Numbered from the stretch's first letter, positions 1-10,400 are shown. The stretch: DNA of 64,000 bases from Macrostomum lignano (GCA_002269645.1 NIVC01000875.1:186001-250000), one strand, 5' to 3'. The notes: generated from the sequence alone by a model not told the origin. Translations and numbers: made by a program.

Positions 1-719
1 GAAGACCGAGCAGCCGAACGCCCAGATGTCCGACTCTCTGCTGTACTGCTCGCATTCCGAGGTGCCGATTCCGAGCAGCTCTGGCGCCATGAAGCTCAAA
101 GTACCTTTCAATGACTCGGGAAAAGCTGAGTGGCGACTGACTGACTGCTCTAGCTTGATCGACAGGCCGAAGTCGATCAGCTTGATTCGCGTGTTGTCAG
201 CACAAACAATCATGTTCGAGCAGTTTATGTCTCTGTGGATCACGGGCGGCTGCCGGCTGTGCAGGTAGAGCAGCGTGCGGCAGATCTACGAGCGGTTGGT
301 CAGTGAGCAGTCATCATTCATGGAACATGGAACAGTAGCATCAAGGATGCACAATGCTCACCTGCTCGCTGAAGTCTCGAATCGTCAGCTCGTCGAGCGG
401 CTTGTTGTTGTCGATGAACCTCTCCAAGCTTCGGCCGTCCAGCAGCTCCATGAACACAACGACTGTGGCGGGCTCCGGCTGAGCCATGTGCAAGAACCTG
501 ACGATGTTGGGATGCCGCAGTCGGCACAGGTTTCTCTCGCTCTTGATAGCTTCATCGATATTCTTCGTTTTCGTCTCCTTCTTATCGCCGAGCTGCACAG
601 GCAGGTTGAGAGTCTTGGCGGCGCACCTGATGCCTCTGTCGGTGACAACTTCCTGGATGTCACCAAAAAATACTCTGACAACGAAGCGAACGGAGTCCCA
701 GCTCTCTCTGTAAACGGGA
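1..719 (-). CDS. Gene A kinase domain 2 (degenerate glycine loop), partial; 76-nt intron 286-361
   Basis: FVVRVFFGDIQEV replaces GxGxxG, while AAK, HRDINCSN, DFG and GTLSFMAPE are retained. Phase-2 acceptor TTTCCCAACAG at 720. Confidence 0.88.
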
Positions 720-3700
720 CTGTTGGGAAATTTCGAAAGTGAATCAGGATGCGTTGAGCTGCTCGGTAGAATATTGGTATCGCCTGGCAGACAGGCGTAA
801 ATGAGGAGATGCACGGGAGTAACAGCAAGTGGAGGGTTTTGTTGGATTTAGTATACCTTTTTGCAATCAATTTCGTCGTTTTTGCGTTCAATTTCGGCGC
901 GAGCGCTAGTGTGCAGTCTAAACAACTGAGCCATAGACACTGGGCAACTTTTGCGTTCAAATTCGGCCTTTTTGCGTCCTATTTCGGCAGCTTACGGCAT
1001 CAAACATACTTGCGGAGACGACTATAGGCCTGCTTTAGGAGACAAATTTTTCGTCCCACCCTCACTGAATTCGATCGAGTGAGAAAGTGTCTATGGCAAA
1101 AACATTCGAACTGTGCCCACAGTGCGGCCCATGTGATTGCGCTGCCGAAATAGGACGCAAAAAGGCCGAATTTGAACGCAAATGTTGCCCAGTGTCTATG
1201 GCTCAGTTGTTTGGACTGCACACTAGCGCTCGCGCCGAAATTGAACGCAAAAACGACGAAATTGATTGCAAAAAGGTATATTCAGTAACTCAGCTTCCAC
1301 AGAAGCCTCACAGATTCTCAGGAACTCTCTCGAACTCTTTCTGAGTCTGAGCAAACTTCTGCTTTATTAAATCAAATTAAGCACAATTTTTCTTTCCTGG
1401 GCTTGAGGCTGGCGTCTGAGTGCATATTTCTCAAAGTAGGAGACGCATCCTTAGCGTAAGCACAGTAAGTCTGCTTGACAACTGATAAAAAAGCGCAAAA
1501 CTGGTGCCACATCTGCATTAGCATCATATCGCATAGGCATCTAAGGCTAGCCCAGTAACTGTACATTTCTACCTGACGATGAGGAACTCGTGCCCCATCA
1601 GCTCCAGAGCAGACTTTCTGCTTTTGCGGTCCATGGCGGTGCAGCGGCTGTAGAAGTCCTGCAGCTCCTCTGAGCAGCCCGTCGGCAGGGCGGGGGCGCC
1701 GCTGCTTCTCAGCCTTTCGGGCAGCGTGTGAAGCATTTTGTGCTCAGCGAAGGGCCGCCTGCCCGAGACCATCTGGAAGACCGAGCAGCCGAACGCCCAG
1801 ATGTCCGACGCTCTGCTGTACCGCGGGCTGTCCGACTCTTCCGGTGCCAGCAGCTCCGGAGCCAAGAAGCTCAGAGTGCCTTTGGGGGTGGCTTTGGAGT
1901 CCGAGATGTGGGTGACTGACTCCAGCTTGATTGACAGGCCAAAGTCGATCAGCTTGATTCGCGTGTTGTCAGCACAAACAATCATGTTCGAGCAGTTTAT
2001 GTCTCTGTGGATCACGGGCGGCTGCCGGCTGTGCAGGTAGAGCAGCGCGCGGCAGATCTACGAGCGGTCGGTCAGTGAGCAGTCATCATTCATGGAACAT
2101 GGAACAGTAGCATCAAGGATGCACAATGCTCACCTGCTCGCTGAAGTCTCGAATCGTCAGCTCGTCCAGCGGCTTGTTGTTGTCGATGAACCTCCCCAAG
2201 CTTCGGCCGTCCAGCAGCTCCATGAACACAACGACTGTGGCGGGCTCCGGCTGAGCGATGTGCAAGAACCTGACGATGTTGGGATGCTGCAGTTGGCACA
2301 GGTTTCTCTCGCTCTCGACAGCTCTGTGGATCTCTGTGCTCACAGAGGTCAGCTCGTCACCGAGCTGCACAGGCAGTCTGAGAGTCTTGGCAGCGCACGT
2401 GACGCCCGTGTCAGTTCGAACTTCGTGAACTTCGCCGAAGCCACCGCGACCGATGAGGCGAACGGCGTCCCAGCGTTCCAGGAGCGGGGGGCTTTCGAGT
2501 CTGAGGGGATGCGAATTGAGACAATGAGGGAAAATTTGCATGCTGTAGCAGTGTGTGCTGTAGCTGTGTGCTGTAGCTGTGTGCTGTAGCTGTGTGTGCT
2601 GTAGCTGTGTACTGAAGGAACTCACGGCACTGCCAGAGGCTCGTCAAAGTAAATCTTGCCGTCGTACCTAAAAATCCAGTGCGGAGTCTGAGGTCCGGAG
2701 ATATCTTTAATTTTAACAGAGAAAAACAGAAAACTTTCAGCTTTTAAAAAATAACTCAACTGTCACAGAAAACTGCTTGCTGTTGTCTCACAGCTCGCAG
2801 GCAGCTGAACATTAACATTCAACTGGCAATCTGCAGTCAAACTGCACTGCAAACTCCCTCAATGCAGCTCAGTCAGTGTCTGCTGCCCATTTAAACTACA
2901 AAAATAAAAAAATGCCCACTCAGAGCAACTGCAGTCAGCTGCTCAATATTCAATCATAAATTACAGCATGATTTTATCAATGATAAATCAAGGTCAGAGA
3001 GACATTCTCAGTCGCCATGGAAACTCACCCACGCAGCAGCTCGGCCAGTTCGCTCTTTCCGTTCTGTGTGGCCAAATCCAGCGCAGTCCTGCCGTCTCTG
3101 TCCTTCAGGCTCCAATCCGCCCCTGAGTCCAGCAGAACCCGACCGACTGCGGCGGCGGTGTCGGGAGGCGCACTCATGGCTGCTTCCATGAGTGGCGTGG
3201 ATTCACAGCAATCCCTGGCATTGGCGGAGGCTCCGGCAGTCAGCAGAGCGGAGGCTGCGGCAGAATTGCCAGCACCGGCTGCAAGGAGCAGGCAACTGTC
3301 AGCCCATATATTTGCACAGGTGGGGTCACCCAGCTGCACCAGCTGCTCCCACAGAGCCTCATCACCGCACGAGCTGTTCTGAGCTGCCCACATCAACGCG
3401 GTGCGACCCAATTCGTCAGGCAGGTCGCAGCCGTCGCAGGTCGCCGCTCGCCGCAGCCCCGCCGAGTCGCCCGCCTCGGCCAGCCGCCGCAGTTCCTTAC
3501 GATCCGCCTCCTCCTGCAAAGGCGAGCGGGAAATTTGAGCACAGCTGCTCAGCTGCAGCCGCATCGGCACCGCAGATGCCGCTCACCTGGGCTGTCAGGC
3601 CGGAAATCTCGCCGAGTGCATCTACGACCAGCCGCATCTCCCTGCAACAGCAAAAATGAGCAGCGAATTCGCAATTATCTCAAATCCGGCAACTACGATC

Positions 3701-4898
3701 GCAAAAAAAATTCATGATAAATTTAGTAAACAGAGATTTCAAATTATCTGAGCTGCTTGCAGATGGAGTTTCCAAGAGGACTGCAGCAGCTCTGCAACAA
3801 TCAGCATTGGCGAGAGCGCATCCGACTTCTCACACGCAGCTCATTTTCCATTTCTTCAGCATGATTTTCCTTCCACCTCACAATGTCTCACAAAGCACTC
3901 ACGCACAGCCTCCCAGTTCTCCATCTGCAGCTCAACCCACACACTCTTACTGCACACTGAGGCCCTACAGCTTCCATTCTCGACTCAGATCAACCGGCAC
4001 CCCATTGGCTGCGAGGCAGCCAGCCAATCACAGCTCTCGCCCATCAAGCAGTCAGTCAGAGACAAGCTCAGCTGACTGGCTCTGATTGGCTGGCCTGAGA
4101 CTGCAGCTTTGGCCACCCCAGCCGAATGCTGAAAAACTTGATGGACACAGCAGCGAACTGCTCACTCACCGCTCGATGTAGCTGGCCAGCTCTGAGTGGC
4201 CGCTGAGCCTCGCCAGTTCCGACGCCGTCCGACCCTGGCGATCCTTCAGTCCGAGCAGCTCCGACCTCTTCGAGTTTCCGTGCTCCTTGCACTCATTGAA
4301 CCTATCCTGCCTGAGCAGGTGCAGCAGGTGCTTGGCGCATTTCCAGCTTCCAGTCCGCGCCGCCTCCATCAGCGGAGTGGCGCCGTTGTCGTTCTGCAGC
4401 CACTTCGCATCGAACGAAAGCAGCGTCAGCAGCCGCAAGTGGTTACTCCGGGCTGCCAGGTGCGCAGCCGTGTCGCCGTTCGAGTCAGCCGCCCTGGGGT
4501 TCGCGCCCAGCTCAAATAAGTACAAGATGCACTTTTCAGTGTGCACGGGAGTCTCAGGAGCGTCGGCCACCCACATGAGGACGGTCCGACGAGCTGCATC
4601 AGCGCTGGTGACCAGCTGGCGCGTTGCCAGCCGCCGTACCTGGTCGAAGTCACCTTGGATGACGTCATTGGCGAGAGTCTGGAGATCGGCTGGTGAGTCT
4701 CCGACGCTTGCCCGGTTGCTGGGGTCCGGCTGAGTGAGTTCCGTCAACTACAATTGAGGCACCCAAGCTGCACATTCAAACATGTGAGTGAATTCCTGCA
4801 ACTGCAGTCAAGCCTACAAATATATTATGCTTCAATTTGCTCACTTAAACTTTACTTACTCTTTCGTCAGGAAATGATGTTGGCGCTTGCTCTGCCAT
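1..4898 (-). CDS. Gene A: ankyrin-repeat + tandem MAP3K-like protein kinase (3' end runs off the window)
   Basis: Exons with GT-AG borders and matching phases: 4860-4898 (MAEQAPTSFPDER), 4170-4678 (alternative acceptor 4747), 3587-3641, 3029-3513, 2626-2667, 2134-2500, 1573-2057, 362-719, <1-285. Ankyrin motifs (GxTPLMxAA, GRTALDLA) and kinase motifs (GRGGFG, AAK, HRD, DFG, APE). The kinase1-kinase2 join is inferred. Confidence 0.8.
854..1278. mobile_element. MITE (Tc1/mariner-type TA target), 425 bp
   Basis: 138-bp terminal inverted repeats (854-991 and 1141-1278, 2 mismatches), termini TACC...GGTA, TA duplication at 852-853 and 1279-1280. The empty site is visible in gene B (GGATATCA-TA-TTCAGT near 15550). 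Confidence 0.9.
1569..2500 (-). CDS. Gene A kinase domain 1 (STE/MAP3K-like Ser/Thr kinase), split by a 76-nt intron (2058-2133)
   Basis: LIGRGGFGEV, CAAK, ESE, HPNIVRF, HRDINCSN, KLIDFG, GTLSFLAPE, SDIWAFGCSVFQMVSG. Removing the intron joins FSEQ|ICRALLYLH. Confidence 0.92.
3029..4678 (-). CDS. Gene A ankyrin region (block A 4170-4678, linker 3587-3641, block B 3029-3513; about 4-5 repeats per block)
   Basis: NGDTAAHLAA, NGATPLMEAA, QGRTASELA in block A; LGRTALMWAA, ESTPLMEAA, DGRTALDLA in block B. Donors CG|GTGAGT and GG|GTGAGT. Confidence 0.9.
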
Positions 4899-5200
4899 GA
4901 CTGGAAGCTCAGTGACTGGGTCTCAGCTCAGCCCGAGAGTCCGGCAGGGCAGCGGCCGCCTCTGCAGCAGATTTTATTGGCCCTGGAGCAGCTGCAGCGA
5001 ATTCCTTCTCACCCTGCCTGCTCAGATTGCGGCTGCTTTTGCTGGCTTGTGCGGCCGCCTCTGCCCAGCTTTCTGCCTCTCCCATTGGCTCTGAGGGAAC
5101 AGCAGAAGTGCTGCAGTGTCAGTGCGTGGCTACTTGAAGCAGTCAGTGTCCGACTGTGGATTTTTCGTTAAACTGGTACAAAAAAAATCCAAAAATGAAT
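4899..5200 (-). promoter_or_regulatory. Type I promoter module of gene A (CCAAT boxes + AATAAAATCTGCTG core)
   Basis: Module conserved immediately 5' of the ATG in A, B and E; CCAAT at 4976-4980 and 5084-5088. Function is inferred. Confidence 0.55.
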
Positions 5201-5552
5201 AATAAACTCCATTTATCGATCGGGAATTTTGAATTGGAACATACTTTGCTGCGGTGAAGCAGATCAGTGCAAACATAAACAGCTTGAGTACATTATTGTC
5301 CATTAAGTGTTCTACTCAGACTCAACTGCAACACTCGGACTGCTACTCAACAGTAGTCAGTGAGTGCTTTCACAAGCTCACGTCGTTATTCTGATAAAAA
5401 TTTCACACTGACAAAAAGGTGGAAAATTCACGAGTTCGAAAATATGAAATCTCAGTACTGCTGCTTGGTAATTGTGTAAAAGTTGGTTGAAGAAATATGA
5501 TTATTTCACAGATTTTAGGCAGAAATGGCATTGAGGCTCTTCCGATGTCTCA

Positions 5553-5922
5553 CAGATTTGCTGACATAAAGATTTTCAGGGCTGCTGTGGGGCAGGCAGA
5601 TTTGCTGACATAAAGATTGTCAGGGCTGCTGTAGGGCAGATTTGCTGACATAAAGATTGTCAGGGCTGCTGTAGGGCAGATTTGCTGACATAAAGATTGT
5701 CAGGGCTGCTGTAGGGCAGATTTGCTGACATAAAGATTGTCAGGGCTGCTGTAGGGCAGATTTACTGACATAAAGATTGTCAGGGCTGCTGTAGGGCAGA
5801 TTTGCTGACATAAAGATTGTCAGGGCTGCTGTAGGGCAGATTTGCTGACATAAAGATTGTCAGGGCTGCTGTAGGGCAGATTTGCTGACATAAAGATTGT
5901 CAGGGCTGCTGTGGGGCAGATT
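5553..5922. repeat. 40-bp minisatellite, about 9 copies
   Basis: Unit GTAGGGCAGATTTGCTGACATAAAGATTGTCAGGGCTGCT. Confidence 0.95.
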
Positions 5923-6075
5923 TCTGGAAAGAGTAGAAACAGAAAATCTCAGAGAAGAGAGGCTGGAGGTAATCTCTGAAGAGGCATAGACATAAACATT
6001 CATACACATAAGCATAAAAAGGCCTAAACAAAAAGAACCATTAGCGTAAACAAAAATAAATTAAAGATGATTAAA

Positions 6076-6500
6076 GTCGCAGGTGTCTCAGCTCAGCCTG
6101 AGAGTCCGGCAGGGCAGCGGCCGCCTCTGCAGCAGGTTTTATTGGCCCTGGAGCCGCTGCCGTGAATTCCTTCTCACCCTGCCTTTCTGCCCCTCCCATT
6201 GGCTCTGAGGGAACAGCAGAACTGCTGCAATGTCAGTGCGTGGCTACTTGAAGTAGTCAGTGTGCGACTGCGGATTTGCTTGCAAAGTTTGTGCAATTAA
6301 AAAGCAAATAAGAATAATATTTTTATTCGCAGGCCAGCTCCATTTATCCATCAGGAATTTCATACTGGAAAATACTTTGTTGCGGTGAAGCAGATCAGTG
6401 CAAACATAAACAGCTTGAGCACATGATTGTTCTTCTCAGACTCAACTGCAAGACTCGGACTGCTACTCAACAGTAGTCAGTAAAGCGTCAGTAAAGCTTT
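6076..6500 (-). promoter_or_regulatory. Orphan duplicate of the type I promoter module
   Basis: Near-identical to 19497-19900 but with no exon 1 downstream. Confidence 0.55.
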
Positions 6501-6884
6501 CACAAACTCATAGGTGTTTTTTTAGTGGATGGAATTCCGCTCAAGTTTTATTTTGACAAAAATTGTTTTGAGTCGCAACTGCACTGGTTGAAAACTCCAC
6601 GAGTTCGACAAAATGAGATGAGAGATGAGAGCACTGCAGCATGAGGTGCATATGATCAGTAATTTTTGGAATTTGGAAGAGCCAGAAACCAGGAGGCGAG
6701 TTGTGAAATGAGAAATTTAGAAATTCACTTTTTAACCGCTGGCCAGCTGAAGGGGGCCTTCTGAGTTTAAAGACGTCAGGATTGGCGATCTGCAGTCCTT
6801 CAGGGCCTCCCTTGTTGCCTCTGAAATCACAAAACTAAAGCAGAAACCTTTGAAGTCGCAGGCTCTAACTCTGTCTCTAAATCT

Positions 6885-7200
6885 CCCCTCCTCTTCCATC
6901 AGTATATCCCCTCCTCCCTTCCCCATCTCCACTCTCCTCCCTTCCCCATCTCCCCTCTCCTCCCTTCCCCATCTCCCCTTTCCTCCCTTCCCCATCTCCA
7001 CTCTCCTCCCTTCCCCATCTCCCCTCTCCTCCCTTCCTCATCTCCACTCTCCTCCCTTCCCCATCTCCCCTCTCCTCCCTTCCTCATCTCCACTCTTCTC
7101 CCTTCCCCATCTCCACTCTTCTCCCTTCCCTATCTCCCCTCTCCTCCCTTCCCTATCTTCCCTCTCCTCCGATCCTTCTATCCTTTCACTCTCTCCACTG
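6885..7200. repeat. CT-rich degenerate simple repeat
   Basis: Polypyrimidine tract with CCCTTCCCCATCTCC-like subunits. Confidence 0.9.
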
Positions 7201-7419
7201 TCTCTCATTTTACTTACGATTTTCAGCTATAAGCCACTGAAATGTTGTTGATACGATGAGATAAGAATCCAATCACGTTACTATAGTAAGTAGTATACCC
7301 ATACCACACAGCACACTATTTTACATTGGCTAACTTGTATTATAAAACTACAGATATGCTTTCAGAGAACAGTGGATCTGCATTACGTTATGATAAATTT
7401 AGTTCAGCCAGGTGCTTTA

Positions 7420-10400
7420 TGTCTGTATTGATCTGGAAACTCAATTCACGAATCAGAGTCCTTCGTATAACTTTGAATGCTCAGATATCAAAATGATTTT
7501 TTGAAATGAATTTCAATCTGATTTTTTCACTATTTACGAGCGTAAACTGAATAAAAATGTGAGAGACTTGAAAAAAGCGTTTTTTTGTAGAGGCTAAAAA
7601 TGCTTTGTCGTCAAGGTAACAAAAACGACGCCTTTTGTGTGAGTGTTGTGTTCTCAGACCTCTCTGAGTGTGTGCTCATGCTCATGGTCAGGACTAAAGC
7701 TCACTCGCTACTCCATCAATCGGCTGTCTCCACAGATGCCGAATGGATGGAGAAGCTGCAACTCAATTGGCAGCTTCACGAGGCCTCTAATGCAGCGTGC
7801 AGTGTTGAGAGCAGTTTTTTTGTCAGCCACTCAATGAATTTTCTGCCTAATCTGGGGGATGGGATTTTCGTGGGATTTGGGATAATAGGGAAAGTTTTTT
7901 TGCTCACGACTTGCCAGCATCCGAAGGTGTTGCTGATGACGAATAGAACTGAATTTTGCTCCTGCAATGCATGCAGAGAGACTTGAAAATCCTCAACTCC
8001 AGGTCGCTAGAAGGTCATGTCTGTACTCAGTCTTCAGAACAACTAATTTATTGCTTTGCCTCAAACAGCTGATGGCCTCTGTATTCACTTCTGTCTCAAG
8101 ACTCTGCCACTAAGCGGAATTCAAGAGTGAGTACAGGTGCGCTTCTCAGGACTGAAGCTTTATGCTTGTACTGGCTTATTCTCGCCAACAATGATAGGCA
8201 TTGTAGTTCAGACTGTCCCTCTGCTCTCAGGCTCATTGGCCTTTTTGTCTAGTCTTCTTTCAAGCAAAAGAAGAAGCATCGACGCATCGACAACGTGAAA
8301 GACATGCGACATGTTTTCATTTCTGCGAGCATAAGAATGGTTTCAAACTTAAACAGTCTAATAGTCTAAACATACCAGAAGAAGGGGCAGAGCAGCTATG
8401 TGGTAAACTCGTCTGGCTCACGTGCCGTGACACGTTTGATTACGAAGACTTGCTGAGACATATCATATTTTAGGTCCACAGATCTCAAAAAAACGTTTAA
8501 CAAAACTGACTCGATTCAAATCGAATGCAGGTCTTTTCTAGTTGCTAGGCAGGTCTTGGGCTCGATACGCGCTCAGCGGCAGCCTGTTTGTTGCAACTAC
8601 GCTCGTAGTTTCCATTGAATTGGCTGCAGGGCGGGCCGAGGACACGGCCATTCCACTAATTCAGGGGCAAACTACAGGCCGCTCTACCCGGCCCACAATA
8701 ACACTCCGGCCCGCTCAAGGTTTGTGTCTCTTCTCAGCTCTCTCCTCTCTAATCTCATCCCCCTTTTCTCTCTCTCCTTCCCTCCTCTCTCCCTCTCTTC
8801 TCTCCCTTCTTTATTCTACTCTCCTATCTCTTCTCTCCACCCTTTCCTCTCCGTTCTCTCATCTCCCTTCTCTCCTTTCCCTTCTTTTCTCACCTCCCCT
8901 TTTCTCTCCTCCCCTTCGCTTCTCTCGTCTCGTCTCTCTTCTCTTCTCTCATCTCCCTTCTCTTCTCTCCTTTCCTCTCCCTTCTCTCCTCTCCCTTCCC
9001 TTCTCTCCTTTCCTCTCCCTTCTCTCGTCTCTCTTTTCTTCTCTCCTCTCCCTTCTCTTCTCTGCTCTCCCTTCTCTCCTCTCCTCTCCTCTCTCCTCTC
9101 CTTTCTCTCCTCTCCCTTCTCTCCTCTCCTCTCTCCTCTCCCTTCTCTCCTCTCCCTTCTCTCCTCTCCTCTCCTCTCTCCTCCCCCTTCTCTCCTGTCC
9201 TCTCCCTTATCTTCTCTTCTCCCCTTCTTTTCTCTCCTATCTCCTCTTATCTCTCCTCCTAATGCACTCCTCTCTCCCGCCCGCAGGCATGCGCTAGATT
9301 CTCCATCAGGCACTTCAGGTAAAAGTTTTTAAACCCTGCACTAAACCCTGAAAAGCCCAGAGACAGAGGCTCGTCTTTTGGCCCCGAGAAACTCGGGCCA
9401 GCCGGCATCGTCTGCGGACGGGTTGGGTTCGAGGTAGTGGAGTCGGTCTCGGTTGAAGGCTCGGCAGAGGCAGACGAAGTGCAGCTTGGCATCTTCGTTT
9501 TCAAGGTTGCAGAAGGGCCAGAGTAGGTTCTATTTTTTGATTTAGTATAAATTTTAATTATAAATATAAGTGTTTCTAATTTTAATACTTTTTTCTACGT
9601 CAGGTTCCTGAAAGTGCGTCATGTCAGCATTTTTCCTCTACGGTCTGGCTTCCGACGTCCACGAGGACTCAAGCTTGACTGTGTTGTATTTCGCTCTTTT
9701 GAGGGCCGTAAGAGGTCTCAAGTCTATGGCATTGAAGTATGGTCCTGTATGGCACTGCATACAGTGTTCCCAGTGGTCCTTGCCAAAGCCATGTGCAGGT
9801 GCTGCTGCTGGCGCTGCTTATGGAGGAGTCTGGAAACATCTCTAATCCAAACACACTGAAGCTGTAAGATTCCAATCCAGCAGAAGATCGACATTCAAGT
9901 GTCTTTTTCATCTCGCGATATAAAGTGTTTTTATTACACACCTCACTCATTGTACCTTTCTCATTTTCTTCACACCCACTCAGACTCCAAACTTTGTTAC
10001 TGAAAACGTCTTCTTGCTTTGGGATGTGAGAGTTTTCGAAGCCGCCTTTGTTAAAGCATTCTATGAATACGTTTGATAATGTGTGTATTTAGCGCTGGTG
10101 GTTTCATGACAAACCGCAGACAGAACAGCCCATAATGAGCAACAAATGCAAAGATCTTCACCATTAATACAGGAACATTTGCCTGAAGAGTGAAGAGTAT
10201 AATTTATCTAAGCAGGGAGTCACTTTTACTGCACTATCGAATAGCAATGAGATCGCATAGATAAGCGAGCAAAGTGCAAGGTATGCAGCATGTTCGGCTG
10301 GCAAAATCCTCGCTATAAAACTTTTACAGACTAAATTTGGATCAGGCTTCGCGCTTATATACAGCATAGATTTTAAGACAATGAACTTCAATAGAATGAG

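Noticed and set aside
275-742. Plus-strand ORFs antisense to the kinase and ankyrin exons (MEHGT..., METHP..., MHSLN...)
   Set aside because: Shadow frames of GC3-rich coding sequence with no recognisable domains.
5553-5922. CRISPR-like regular repeat with an internal palindrome (also the 64-bp and 47-bp arrays)
   Set aside because: Units are directly adjacent with no unique spacers, there are no cas genes, and the context is eukaryotic.
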